A DNA stretch of 64,000 bases from Chiloscyllium plagiosum (GCF_004010195.1 NC_057746.1:11320881-11384880), one strand, 5' to 3'; numbered from the stretch's first letter, positions 1-13,599 are shown. Numbers and translations: made by a program. Notes: generated from the letters alone by a model not told the origin.

Positions 1-1470
1 TCCATGCATCTACTATCCTCTGCGTACTTCCTCTGACATCTCCCCAATACCTTTCTTCAATCACCTTAAAATTATGACACCTCGTGTAAGCCATTTCTGG
101 CCTGGGGTAATGTCTCTGGTTATCTACCCCATCTCTGCCTCTTATTACATTGTACACCTCTATCAAGTCACCTATCTTCCTTTTTCTCTCCAATGTGAAG
201 AGCCCTCCTTCACTCAACCTCTCTGCAGAAGACAAGCCCTCCAATCTAGGCAGCATCCTGGTAAATCTCTTCCGCACCCTCACTTAAGCGTTGACATCCT
301 TCCTATAATGAGGCGACAAAAATTGGACACAATATCCCAAGTATGGTCTAACCAGGGTTTTATACAGCTGCAGCGTAACCTCGCAGCTCTCAAACTTAAT
401 TCCCACGTTAATGAAAGCCAAAACACGATACAGTTACTTAACAAACTTGTCAACTTGGATTCCAACTTTGAGGAATCTGCGTACATGGATACCAATATGC
501 CACTGTTCCTCCACACTGCCAAGATCCTATCATACACCCTGTATTCAGCATTTATGTTCTATCTTCCAAAACGAATCATTTCACATTTATCCAGGTTGAA
601 ATCCGTCAGCCACCTCTCAGCCCAGGTCTGCATTCTGTCACTGACTTTTAGTAGCCTGTAACAACCCTGGTCACTATCTACAACACCACCGACATTTGTG
701 TCTTTGGCAAACCTACTAACTCACCCTTCCACTCTTCATTCAAGTCATTTAAAAAAAAAAGACGAACAGCGGAGGTCCAATATCCGATCCCTGCGGAACA
801 CCACTGGCCATCAACCTCCGGGCAGAATACTTTCCATCCACTATTACTCGCTGTCCTCTTTTGGCTAGTAAATTCTCATTCCAGGCAACCAAATTTCCCT
901 ATGTCCCATACCTTCGAAGTTTCTGAATGGGACTCCCACTGGGAACCTTATCAAATTCCTTACGGAAATCCATATTCATCACATCCAGTGTTTGACCTTC
1001 ATCAACCTGTCTCGTCACATCCTTAAAGAACTCAATGAGCCTTTTGAGGCATGATCTTCCCCTCACACAGCCGTACTGACTGCCTTTAATAAAACCTTTT
1101 CTTTCCAAATAGTCATCAATCCTATTTCTCAGTGTCCTTTCCGGTATCTTGCTTATCACAGATGTAAGCCTGAAAGATCTGTGATTCCCAGGGATTTCCC
1201 TATTTTCATTCTTGAACATTTGCTTCCCCCCAGTCAGCTGATACAACTCCCATGGAGAGTGAGGATGCAAAGATCGTCATCAGAGATGCAGCAAACTCAT
1301 TCCTCACTGCCCACAGTAGCCTTGGATATATTTGTTCCGGCCCTGGAGTATTCATCTTCCCAGAATTTCCAGCACATCCACTTCCTTGATATCATTCTGC
1401 TCGAGCCTATTAACCTGGTTCACAGTGTTCTCACTATTAACAAGGTCTCTATTTCTAGTGAATACTAAAG
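1..1470 (-). mobile_element. CR1-clade LINE, decayed ORF2 (RT) fragment
   Basis: Minus-strand ORF 899-1270 reads ...GSQYGCVRGRSCLKRLIEFFKDVTRQVDEGQTLDVMNMDFRKEFDKVP, matching CR1 RT motifs; frameshifted. Confidence 0.9.
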
Positions 1471-1474
1471 CATA

Positions 1475-2150
1475 TTCATCTTCGTGGTGAAGTAGTGATT
1501 CACCTGCAAGTCACTGAATGCACTATCTACATTGGATGTTATGCGGTCTATTCTGCATTACCATGCTAAAACATATAATGAGTCACCGCTTTGCGCATCA
1601 CGTGTGTTCTGTTTCTCTTCATGATCTTGAACTTTCAATTTCTTGTAACTTCAACACAACCACCTTGTTCCTTGCCCAACATTTCTGTCGCAGCCTTGTT
1701 TTAGTTCTCCACTGAGGCTGAATGCAACTAGAGTAACCATACCTTATTTTGCACTTGGTACCGCTGCAGTTTCAGAAATTAATATCGTGTTGAATAATTG
1801 TATGGCCTGAATACCCATCCCTGGACCCGAGACCCTTTCATTATATGGACTGATTTCAGCACACTCAACTTAATTTCACCGAATTGTCCTCTCCATTAGC
1901 AACTTTTCTATCTGCCTGATTCTTCATCATCCTTCCCTTTGATGGTCCGTCTTTCTTGGTCTCTGGGCTCTATCTCTGGTGACTTGCCCATACATTTCTT
2001 CCTCTTCCTTGTCATTTGCAGATTTATGACCTTTTCCTCGCTCCTAGAAATTCTGAAGATGGATCACTGCACTTGAAGTGCTGCCACCGTTTTCTTTGCC
2101 CAAATGTTGCCAGACCTGATGCTCTTCTCCAGCAATTTTCACTTTATTTT
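1475..2150 (+). mobile_element. Penelope-like element 3' remnant (GIY-YIG C-terminus plus degenerate hammerhead tail)
   Basis: Translates like FTC.S.N..Y.I.C..CGL.....HRFAHH..SV; ends with ctgaagatggatcactgcacttgaag...ctccagcaatttt. Confidence 0.6.
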
Positions 2151-2367
2151 TCACATTATTTCAGCACTACAGCAAACAGGACTGTACACAGTGCGCGAAC
2201 CATTGCCGTTCCAAGGTTTTTCACACCTCCAACATAACTTTTCTGCCCTTCAACCGCATGTCACGTCTGAGAACGAAAAGCATTGAGCTAAATTTCTCAG
2301 GTACACTGTTTGTTTGCCTTGTTGAATTCGGCTGTTTTTGGAAAAGCAGCTTGAAATGGGCACTTAT

Positions 2368-2464
2368 CAAGAACAGCAACACCATCCAGCAAAGGGTAAT
2401 AAACATCTTCGACTTTGAAGAGGTAGTCATCTATCTGCCACAGTACTGATTTTCCATAATACAT
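2368..2464 (-). pseudogene. Exon 1 of a GPR139/142-like GPCR (exon 2 expected left of window); donor mutated
   Basis: Reads MYYGKSVLWQIDDYLFKVEDVYYPLLDGVAVL plus 1 nt (phase 1), followed by ATAAGT instead of GTAAGT; the paralog at 34315-34401 keeps GTAAGT. Confidence 0.75.
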
Positions 2465-3749
2465 TCCTTCCTCTTCTTGGTAAAGTTAAAGACTCCAGTC
2501 AATAAATTGGTGGACTCTGGCAAGCACATTGGAATAACTGATTGAAAACATGGCACTCTTTATTAAAGCAGTATGGCAATTCACCAGAGGACAAATTCCA
2601 TGCCCAGAGAGGCTGATATTAACTGAAGTCAATGAACAATTATGTTCTGCGCAGCTCCATCAAAACAACTTATTTTAAACAATAAAATACAATGGACCAC
2701 ATATGATTGAATGATAATTTGCCCATCTGAATGCAATACATTTAGAAACACATAGCTTTCAAAGTCCCTACAAGTTTGAATGATGAATTGGGGATATAAA
2801 ATCTCTGTAGAAATGACACAAGGAGTGCGTACACAATAACACCAGCAAGGTCACATATCAAGAAGTTAAATTAAAACAGACTAAATAAAACAAAGAACAG
2901 GTCAGTTTAATAAAGTAGGTAAAAAAAGGCATGTGGAATATGTGGTATTATTGCAGTTTAAGAGAAAGGCATTGATTTTGGAACCGTCTGAAACATTAGT
3001 TAAACAACGGCTAGAATGTTATCTATAGTTCTGGAATCAGCATTGTAGGAGAATTACACTACAGTTGAGGAAGTGTGGAGGAGATTTCCCAGAATGTACA
3101 CCTGTAAAGTAAAACTTTATAAGTGTTTACGCTTCCAAAACACTTATTGCGAGTGTGTTCTATATTCCCACCACTCTCTGCAACAAAATGTTTCCCCTCA
3201 CGTGTCCTCTCAAGTTTCTACCCCTTGTTTTAATCCTATTCAGTTCGAAGCAGCTTGTGCGACAAACATGAAGTTCCCAGTTGTCCTGTTGTGGCTTCTC
3301 ATTATGAACTTTGACCTTCGTTCTCAAATCTTTGCGGTCAGAGATCATTGGGGGAGCGCTGATATTCCAGAGGTTGTTCCATTAATGCCTTCTGTCTTCA
3401 GGTGATGACTATTACGTGAAATATATTTTCTTCAGAATGTGATGTGTCTCAACCCGCTAGGCTGAAGCTCTGGAAATGAAATACAACAACGTTGGTCATC
3501 GGAAGCCTGCAAAATTTACAAAAAATGAATAACATCCTCGAATTTATGAACAAACAAACGCAGATAAACACTAAAGTGTTCAACACTTCCATGCACTCAG
3601 CAGGTAAAAACCGGCTAACTGCAAAGGAATTTTCTTTAATTGATGCTAAACATAAACTATAATTGGCTGAATTACTTGCTAACTTATGCTTCGAGAGCTT
3701 AGCTTGCAAGACTTTCGACACAGAAAGTAATAGATACAAGAAATGTAAT

Positions 3750-4950
3750 AACGGTATGGTTTAAAGAGGTGTATTTTATCCTGCTTTTCTTTCTAAAGAG
3801 AGACTTTGAGCCATAGGAATATACCTTCCCATTTGAAACTACTAAAGGAAACAGCTTGTGAGGCGTTCAGTTTTCATTTCTAAGTTGTAAGAATAGAAGC
3901 ACCATGAATGGGTGGAATTAGGTTCCCACAGAACGAAGCTTTAGTTTGGTTTTCAATAATTGTTGGCGTTTGGAAGCTGTCGTATATCTCTCCATGCTAC
4001 CTTTCATGTACACAGATTCCTGAAAGTTGCCACCCAGGTTGATAGTGCTGTTAAGAAGGCCTCATTGAAGTATTGCATACAGTTCTGGTCGTCCCATTAC
4101 AGCAAGGATGTGGAAGCATTGGAAACGGTGCAGAGGAGACGTGCCAGGCTGGAGGCAAGGTCACATGCAGAAAAACGTGTGTCTGTTCTCATTGGAGAGA
4201 AGAAGGCAATGAGGGGATTTAATCGGGATATATAGGTTGATCAGAGGATTAGATAGGGTGGACAGTGCGATCGTTTTTCCTAGAATGATGACATCGGCTT
4301 GTATGAGGGGGCATAGCTACAAATTGAGGGGTGATAGATTTAATACAGATGTCAGAGGTAGGTTCTTTACTCAGAGAGTGGTAAGGGCGTGGAATGCCCT
4401 ACCTGTTGCTGTAGTTAATTGAGTCATATTAGGGGCGTTTAAATAATCCTTGAATAAGCACATGGATGGTGTTGGGATAGTGTCCGGTGATGGGCTTATA
4501 TTAATTCACAGGTCGTTGCAACATCGAAGGCCGACGGTGCTGTTCTGCGCTGTATTGTCCTATGTTCTATGTTCTAAAACACTTGAATTCTCGCTCTCTG
4601 TCAGAATTTTCTTTTGATGTTCTTTCCTCCTGGAGTGGAGAAACATTGCATGTACGAGCAACTGCTTTATTGAATTTATCATTGCCACGCCTGTGTTTAT
4701 GGATGTTATTATATTGGAATAGTTGTTGACTTGCTGCAGTTAAATAATTGATTACTCTTTCAATAGATCTCACTTTAGACCAATTCCTCTTTCTTTTGTT
4801 TGTATGTCAACTGGTTGCAAGAATAAACTATTTTGCTTTGAGCTGAGTAATGTGACTGATCAAGTTACATCTGAAACAGATCAACTTACATTTGTGTCTT
4901 GCTTATCTTCTTGATATATTTGCAGGTGATATGATCGTGTCCAATACATA
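3750..4950 (+). mobile_element. Probable solo LTR split by a CR1 3' fragment
   Basis: Shares phrases with the LTR-like segments at 21443-22497 (tgtgtttatgg..., AATAAA followed by T-rich tract, ending ...gtccaataca). Confidence 0.4.
3990..4575 (+). mobile_element. CR1 LINE 3' end
   Basis: YCIQFWS...LE.VQRR and GHSYKLRGDRFNTDVRGRFFTQRVVRAWNALP motifs; (TTCTATG)n tail. Confidence 0.9.
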
Positions 4951-6644
4951 AATGCAGACCGGACTGAAGCTTCGGGTTGGATATGCAGCGTGGGGTGTGG
5001 GTGTGGTAGGAGGGAATTATAAGTGAACTGCAATTAATTTTCACATCTCTGGACCACAGGAGTTAACAGACTTCCTGTCTTTGAAATTATTTCATTAACT
5101 TCCTGTTTACACAGAGTTTTTCTTTAGTAGCTGGATATTCATTACTTCATTCACTGATTGAACATTCTTCTTTTAATCAATTTGATGACACGTTACCACT
5201 TCTTCAAGAAGAATTTTGTTTATGAAGAGGCTAAGCAGAAGATAGCTCGCTATGGCTCGATTCATTATTTTACCATTATCTGGTAGAAGAAGAATCGTGG
5301 AAATTTCTGATGTAAGATTAGAATTGTAAATTTGAGGTTTGGCTTCAGTTAAGGACAAAAAGAAAAGATGTTTATTTCAAAAATTTGGAAATTAGAAATT
5401 TTTAAGCAATTTTCAATTGACCTGATTAAAACGAGAAGAACAACATGTTCAAGAAATGGGTATAGAGTTTTTAGAGTACAAGTTCTCTTCGCTGAAAGTG
5501 CGAACAGAAATGTCTGAAAAAACTCAGCTCGTCTGGCAGCATATTCAGACAAACAAAGTTAATGTTTTAACGCTTAATAAATCTGAAGAGCACAAAACAA
5601 GCTGCCAGAATATCTTAATTTGTTTTAACAGTTTTCCTTTCTTTTCTTATGTCAGACTTCCACCATTGCCAGTATTCTGTTTTCACGTTATCAGAAAATT
5701 ACTTGGTGCAACTTCCAGAACGGCAGTGTACCATCAGCAATCTGCAGGTTGTTAAAAGCTGAGCTCCTAGTTTTTTTTGTGATTATTCCTGTTACAAGAC
5801 ATCACAGTTCATTGCAACCAATCATTTCACCCATTGTTTTTAAAGGACAGGAATGTGTGCAATCTCTGCTTTTGAAATATATAATTGTGACAGAAACTGA
5901 ATGAGACTTTTGCACCACACAAAGGGTGTTTTTACATTTCTTAAACTGTGTCATTTCGTCCTTAGCTAATGCATTGCTTTATGCTTTAAAGATCAACTTT
6001 ACTCCCCACTAACCAGATTTCTCTGACTGGCGCCATGATTACAAGTTTTCTGTTTAATTGACCTAACCTGACAAGTTATAGTCAGCATATTGATTGGTCG
6101 AGCTTTACAGTCAGTTGTGATCAAGGCAGGACGGCAAACAACTGCTGATATCAACTAAACTTGAAAGATATGACACAGCAGGTTAATATTGGTTATGTTT
6201 TGTTTTGTCTCTCAGACCAGATGCCTTCCGTACATCTGGAGTCCTGATCCACCACATGAACTGTTGCACTTCACGTTCGCAGATATCAAACATTCATTTT
6301 CAAGACAACTGCTCCAGCACACTCTCCCTCTCCATCAGATGGAAGGAGTTGTCAATTATCGTGAATGGTGGATCTGTAACATCAGCAAACGCATTGTTTA
6401 GTCTCTTAATTTATAATTTATGAACAGGAAGGTGCAGAGTATCGTGTAAAGCGAATATATGTGTCTGTAGTTGCTATTTTCACTGCTCTTCTGCAAGGTG
6501 GTTCTCCAAACAAACTGCCACAATCCCTATTTCCGGTACAGGCATTGGCGCCTTCGCCTTCTGCCTTCAATCGGGATGCTTCATCCCATATTTACCCCGT
6601 CCAAAATTCAATTGGCTGATGCAGTAGAAACACACTGCCTGTTT

Positions 6645-7816
6645 ATTATTTTATATATTTATTAATGAATTGAATCATTGTTGTAAATGCATACTGCACT
6701 GCACTTTTGACCTATTCTCTGCACGTCGACTGAGTGACCAAATAAATGCAGTTGCACAACAGTTAACATTTTACAGTATCAAACCAGGTTCTACAAAATT
6801 TTACAAAGATAAGTCATAATCATTGGGATGAACGCCTGCGATTCTGGAAAATGTGAAATCTGTAATATTAGTCACCCACAGAAATTTGAAGCTGCCATAT
6901 GGTGAAGAGAAAAATCACTGCTCTCCAACCCTGGGTCTCTGTGATACCCACTCTTCCTGGGCCTCTTCACTCCCCTGCAAACCTGATTAGCCAACAAAAT
7001 ATGACTGACAGCAAGAGCATTAAGGATCAAAATGACTGAAAATGGGAGAATTAGTGTTAATATCACATCTAGCCAGTCAAAAGCCAGCCATCCATGATTA
7101 ATATAAAAGATAGTCTTTGCGTAACAGAAACATAACATTTTATCTATAATCCTTCCAGATTCCTGCACAAAGTGGAACGGTATATTTTGCTTTAAAGAAA
7201 GAGGAGAGAACACGATGTTGACAAAAATAAAGCTGTAGTTTAAAGACCATAAGACATTGGAGTGGGAGTTATGCCATTTGCCCTGTCGCGTGCAGTCCGC
7301 CATTTAATCATGCCTGATGGACATTTAAGCTCCACTTACGCACACTCTCCCCGTAGCCCTTAATGCTTTTCAAGATTAAAAGTTTATCAATACCTGCCTT
7401 GAAAACATTTAACGTCCCAGCTTCCACTGCACTCCATGGCAATGAATTCCACAGGCCCACCACTTTCTGGCTGAAGAAATGTCTCCGCACTTCTGTTATA
7501 AATTAACGCCCTTTCATGTTACAATAGCTCGTCTTCAGTTTCTGGCAATAAATGCCCATAAATCAATCAATGGTAAAAGTGACACCAAACAAGATGGAGC
7601 AGTCTGTTGCTTGATTAGCCAGAATGTGTGTGACACTAAAGACAGGCATGATCTGCAGGAAAGATAGTGGGTAATGCAAACTAACTGAGCTGTCTCAATA
7701 TGACCTCTGTGGCAATGACCAGTGGATTCTCTGCTGCCATGGACACTTGGTAACAAGTGGTGCAAACGAAGAAGCTGCACTTTCCCTCGGTTTAATCACA
7801 ATTGCCAGCAGATTTA
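6645..7816 (-). pseudogene. GPR139/142-like GPCR exon 2, frameshifted and LINE-disrupted
   Basis: Acceptor ttgcag|TAAATCTG (V-NLLAIVI), GKC...TT.Y..SMAA, ATDCS..VTFTID, LPFSVILILNALAVSHILLAN, decayed TM7/helix 8. Confidence 0.85.
7243..7512 (-). mobile_element. CR1 LINE 3' end inserted in GPCR exon 2
   Basis: MRRHFFSQKVVGLWNSLP...FKAGIDKLL motif and agaccataagac tail; same insertion in the paralog at ~37575-37845. Confidence 0.85.
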
Positions 7817-8019
7817 CTGCAAGAGATGGATGAGGAACGGGAAATGAAATTACTGATTAGAATCTTTGTGAATTACCAAGTATGACCACTTATATAATTG
7901 GCATGCAAGACAAATCACAACCTCAACTATTTCATGACCCGCTCATGTCTAGAATTAAAATATACTGAAATTTTCAGTGGAAGATTTCAAGACGAAACAA
8001 CAGAAAACTCCCAGCTGCA

Positions 8020-8478
8020 TCAGAGGGGCAATGATTGCAATAAGGATGAAAGCAAAAATATATTATCCGCTGGATATAGGTTTGGTCACTGAGCTGGAAG
8101 GCTTGTTTTGAGATGGTTCATCACCATACGAGGTAATATCTTCAGTGAGCATCCGAATGAAGCACTGCTGCTGAAGCCCACTTTCTATTTACATGTTTGA
8201 GTTTCCTTGGATGGGTGATGTCATTTCCTGTGGTGACATCATTTCCTATGGTGAAGTCATTTCATGTTCTTTTTCACAAACATATAATAGAAAGCGGGCT
8301 ACACACTGGTGCTTCATTCGGAGACTCACTGAAGATGTTACCTAGTATGCTGACGACACGTCTGAAAATGAACCTTCCTGATTAGTGAGGAAACTTACAT
8401 CCAGAACCTCAACCTGAGCTACAAATCTTCTCAAAACTCGCTAATACCATCTGTACTTCCATGTCAATCCCTGCATGG
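8020..8478 (-). pseudogene. Possible exon 1 of the 6645-7816 GPCR, split by a Penelope insertion
   Basis: ccaaccATGCAGGG... at ~8476 and ...YIFAFILIAIIAPL at ~8060-8020; no canonical GT donor seen. Confidence 0.4.
8072..8442. mobile_element. Penelope-derived element made of two inverted pLTR ends
   Basis: Left arm ggatataggtttggtcactgagctggaagg... is the reverse complement of right arm ...aaccttcctgattagtgaggaaacttacatcc; each arm has a hammerhead-like motif. Confidence 0.8.
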
Positions 8479-8634
8479 TTGGAATTTCACAATCGTGTGA
8501 AGTCCCAGTCGTCAAGAATAAAGAGTACTGCCTCAGAAATGCCTCTCCTGGACATCTTTTACAATAGTCGTTAAAATAATATTTTAATAGGACTACCCTG
8601 CACCCCTCTGCAGTCCTGAAGCAATGAATCTTCA

Positions 8635-8753
8635 AAGGTGCAGTGCTTCAAAATCTACTGCTTCCAATTAAACCTCTTGGCCTATAACCTGGTGTTTTGT
8701 GTTTTTTTTTTTTAGCTTTGTACACCCCCGTCCAACACTGGCATCTCCAAATC
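8635..8753 (+). repeat. Short Penelope-related tail repeat (same family as 19260-19350)
   Basis: gtgcagtgcttcaaaatctactgcttccaattaaacctcttggcctataacctggtgttttgtg; paralog at ~38975-39385. Confidence 0.65.
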
Positions 8754-10089
8754 GATAATACTCCAAAACGTTTGAACTCACTGAGAATCTGAAATCCGAA
8801 ATGAGAACAGAAAACCTCAGCGATATCTCACAGATCAGTCAGCAACAGCGGGGAACATGAATGTCAATTCGTGCCACATAAATATCTTTGGATGGGCCAG
8901 TATGCATTGTCCGTCAGTTGTCGACCTTCAGAAGGTGGTGGTGTTGAAGTGATGACCTTCAATCTCATTGTTGCATTCATATGAAGATAAATGATTGATT
9001 CAGTAAAGTCTTTACTGTCTTGCATTAATATTAAAGCATTAACAGGTTTGAGGAGCGAAATTACAAAATTAAGTCGAATTAAATATATAACTTATTGAAT
9101 TTCGTCGTTGTGATGACAGATATAAGAGAGAAGAGCAATGCCAAAACCATGTCCTTCTGCAACCATCTCCAATGTACAACGATGTCATTACAGATACTAA
9201 ATACAGCATCCCATTTGGATTGTGCGGAAGAAAACTACGTTGTCAGCGTAAGAATGTGTCACAGGAATAATAACAAAATCAGATAATAATGGTGCATTTC
9301 TGCAGGAGCATTTGTGGAGAGCAAAACGAGTTACTTCCCTTTGAAATTCCCGTTTAGAATGCCAGAGAAATAGAGTAATTTGTAAGAGAGAATGAGGCAC
9401 GTGGTCACATTATAATGAAATAGACTCCTGTACACCCCCTGTTTCAACCTCTTGTGCTATCCTCTGATCCTCCCAAAACTTTCCCGATTCACCTGATATG
9501 TGATGACATCCGTCGATTCATATTCAATGAGTTGAAACTTTGTTTCTGTTACATATTTCCATAAGGAACATATAGCACTGTCAATGTAGATCATTTTCCC
9601 ATAAAACCTGTCGGGGAATTGAGTTTAAATGGGAACATTTCGTTAATATATTTCGAATTAAACGGCGTGATATCCTAAAGTTGATTCTCAGTATTGAAGT
9701 CTTCTTAGGACAAGATGCATTTAATGCCATTCTCCTGTATTTTCAGTTGTGTGCCACTCCAGAGAAGTATCCCATAAAATTTACGCAGAAAATCAAAAGA
9801 ATCTCCTCCACCAAGAAAACATAGTCCTTCAAACTGTCAGAGACGCACTACTTAAAAGCCGTGTTCACTGTTTAACATATAGGATCTGAGAGTGCAGTTT
9901 TGAATTCTGGGGTGTATTTGTTAGCATGAAGGTAATGGGATCGTGTTGGGAGTAGCTGGGGTCGTGGATTATCCTGGAGTCTCTGACACTTTCTGAGGAA
10001 GGCTGGATGAATTGAGTAAGCTGTGTTTGGGAAGGCAGGGGTAACTAAGTTTTTTGCATATCGGATACCTGTCACGGCGTCCGTATCTC

Positions 10090-10520
10090 CATGAGGGCGT
10101 GAGGGATTTAAATTGGAGTCATAGCCATTGGGTCATGTCAGAACATTATTTCTGTGTCAATCAGAGATGATCACTGAACTATTCACATCCCATTTCCTGT
10201 TTTTGGGCTGTAGCTTCATATGCCTTGTCATCACAAGTACATATCGAAACACTTTCTAAAATGTTTTGCCTTTATCATCCAAACAGGTCATGAGTTCCAC
10301 ATTCCCATCGGCCACAGCGTAAAACAGTTTCCCGCACATCTCCTCTGTCTCTTGCATAAAATATATTCCACAACGTAATTGATCCGTCGAGCTACGCACA
10401 AAGTTTTCCCTTCTCCCACCGATCTCAGCCCATCTTAACATTTCAATCATGACACCTCTCGATCTCCTCTGTTCTAAGATAAATGGCAATAGTCTTTCCA
10501 ATCTCTCTTCATAACTCATT
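10090..10520 (-). mobile_element. Old CR1 LINE 3' fragment
   Basis: MSYEERLERL..F.LEQRR.RG.MIE motif; paralog at ~41380-41780. Confidence 0.75.
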
Positions 10521-10859
10521 AATAGAACTTGTTATGTCAGATATTAGCTACTCGTGGAGCTCTGTTTACTTGTCCTGTCTCCGTATAGCATGTCTATGTT
10601 TAAATTTAAACACCGTATAACGTATCTATAACACAACTGTGGAAGGGGAGCAAACTTTGCTCTCCATATACCTTTGATCAACCGTATTCTGAGCACTAAG
10701 ATGGATTTGGTCTCCTTCAACATTAGTTAGGCAGAACGTGGAGCTCTCTGCATTGTTCTGACCTGCAAATATCCTCGACAAATCATAATCACTAATGTGC
10801 ATCGAAATTGATTCAAGAAAATGCACCATTTATGGAGCACTACAAAATCATTCAATTTT

Positions 10860-11705
10860 CAATTGATGAAATACAACGTTGGCATGAGTGATGTCACTCA
10901 CTTTAGTAGGAAGAATAGAAATGTGGGCTATTTTCTTAATGGGAAGAAAATTCAGAAGTCTAAAGTACAAAGAGACTTGGGAGTTCTAGTCCAGAATTCT
11001 TTCAAAGTAAACTTGCAGGTTGAATCAGTAGTTAGGAAGGCAAATGCAATAATGGCAAATATATTTTAGAGAACCTGAATATAAAAGAAAAATGTGTACT
11101 TCTGAGGCTCTGTCATGCTTTGATCATGACAGATTTGGAGTATTGTGCACAGTTTTGGACCCCACATGCCAGGAAGCATGTACTCATCTTGGAGCGCGTT
11201 CAGAGGACGTTCATCAGAATGTTCCCAAAATGAAACCTGTAACATATACGGAACGTTTGAGGACTTTGTGTCTGACTCGATGGAGTTTGGAAGAATGTGT
11301 GAGGATCAAATTGAAACATATAGAATAGTGATGCTCAGAAGAGTGCAGATGTTGAGAAGGTGTTTCGACTAGTAGGAGAGGCTTGCAACCGAGGGCACAG
11401 CCTTCGTGTAAAGGGAATACCTTTTAGGACGGAGGTAAGCAGAAACGTCTTCAGCCAGAGATTGGTGAATTTATGGAATTCATTTCGACAGGAGGCTGTG
11501 AATGCCAGGCCATTAAATATATTTAAGAAAGATTTAGACAGGTTCTTGAGTATCAAGGGTTACGGTGAGAAAGCGGGACAACGGGGTTGGGAAACATCTC
11601 AGTTATGATTGAATGGGGGAACAGACTCGATGAGGTTACTGGCCTGATTCTTGATCCTATGTCTTAGGGTCTAATATGCAAGGTAACTTGCATGGTCTTA
11701 TGGTC
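10860..11705 (+). mobile_element. CR1 LINE 3' end
   Basis: VQRDLGVLV...VNLQVESVVRKANA; GHSLRVKGIPFRTEVSRNVFSQRLVNLWNS; tcttatgg tail. Confidence 0.9.
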
Positions 11706-13599
11706 TAACACTCAAGGTAAGGTCTATTCTTCTGTGTACAGTGCATGATCTTTGAACCACACATGGGCATTTGAACACTTTTTTTTGTATCGTCTTTCGT
11801 TGCACACCGCCTGTTGAAATAATCTAATTCTTCTCATTCTATTTTCTTTTCATCTGCAGGGACCTCCTTACAGTTATTTGCATTCTCCATCGATTTGGTG
11901 TGGCATCATTCACTGAAAACTTGACACGATGTCAAACTCCTTCTGCTGAAATCACAAAGCAATGTGATTTCTATCACCGTCATAACACGCTGACACTCCG
12001 ACAGTCATGCATTGCAATTTTAGTAATCTGGACAAGCCCCATTGTTTTGTTATAACAATTGTTCATTATAGCGCTTTCAGAGCAGCACAAAGACCGAGAA
12101 TGGGTGTGGAGTACTCGATGGAAAACAAATGCGTCAGGTTGCACAACATTCTTTTTGAGACTACATAGGATTTTTTTTCACGTCGATCTGTCAATTTCTT
12201 GAAGATTATTTGTTTACTTAATCGCAGCATCAATAGCACGTGAAAATCAGATTTTCAAGAATACAGGTCCTCAGTATTTTTTTGAAGGGCTATTCAGGAT
12301 CAAAAGGATTTTTTTCAATAATGTTGACATTTCCTGGGTGAAGAAATATTAGTACATCCTCTGGCATATTCAATAGTTATGACAAGGGGAAGATTTGTCT
12401 TTAAATTCTGCGTCAACAAACAATACTTACAGTATCTCAGCCATGATTGCAGCGGACAGCATGGCAGGCACACAGAGCTGAACGGTCTGCTCTTATTCCT
12501 ACATCATGGTGGCCGACATGCAGATCTGTAATTACTGTGAGGGAAATAATAGGCTCGTAAGTGCAGGATGCTTGTCAAAATTGTGTTCGGGTACAGTGGC
12601 ACACAAGATTTCATGGTGTTTAATTATTCTGATGATATCAACACTTAATAATTGGTGATTTGCTTGATCTGCCTTTATCTATTCATTCCTTTCACGAAGT
12701 ACTAATTACACTGTCAGTGCAGAAGTTTGTCAGACTGACTGTCAAGTCGTGACAACGTGGGTTCCTGCTGAGGCAAATGAATCATGAACAATATTTGGTT
12801 TCAAATGGAAAGTATTCAGCAATTAAAGCAGACTTTAACGTCGAGGCATTAAAACACTGAGCAGGGGAATATTATATTAAAACAGAAGTGGAGAAAGTGG
12901 CTGAGTTGAAAATGACCGGATTGGAAAAGGATGAATTTTAGAGATGGAGGCAGTAATCAGAGATAAGACGACATTGGCAGAGGCAGAATGAGAAGTGAGA
13001 AAGAGTGGATGAGAAAATGAGAAGGAACATGATCACAGAAAGCTGAAGAACAAAGGTCATTCATGGAACGATGAACTTTCAGAATAAAAGACCTTTGAAA
13101 CGATTGCAAATTAGAGAGTTTTCATTATCTGCTTTCACTAACCAAGAATAGCCAAATGTTCTGTGCAAATATTACATGACTATTGAATCGTCGTCATTGT
13201 TACGAGATCTCACGATTAAAAATAATACTGACAAGTCAGCAAATTTTACAGTATGCTGGTTAATGGGATAATATTATACTTGATTACCAAATCTTCTTCC
13301 ATAATGTTTTCCTGTAATGAATCAAGGGCAGCAATTAAGAAAGTGATAGCAGCATACTGAATAGATTCCGAGGCAGATGTAGTGAAATGTATTTATGTCT
13401 GTTCCTTGAAGACAGGAGTAAAAATAAAAAAATCTAATTGACCAGGTTTCCCCTTAGCCACTGAGCTATGTACCTCAGCCCACATTCCATCAAATCATCG
13501 CAGGCATCGTCATTGTCAATGGTCCAGTTTGAATAAATGCATCATTCTGCTTTCTCAGAGTACAACACTATTCTACAAATGGAGACAAGAATTGAAATT

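Larger units (their letters stand above)
1..11718 (+). repeat. Segmental duplication, copy A (paralog of 32096-42960)
   Basis: Colinear similarity throughout: tccatgcatctactatcctctgcgtac at 1 vs tccatgcactaccatcatctgcgtac at ~32096; tggtctaacactcaaggta at ~11701 vs tggtgtaacgtgcaaggta at ~42942. Confidence 0.95.

Noticed and set aside
74-661. 195-aa plus-strand ORF
   Set aside because: Antisense to CR1 ORF2; no recognisable protein motif.
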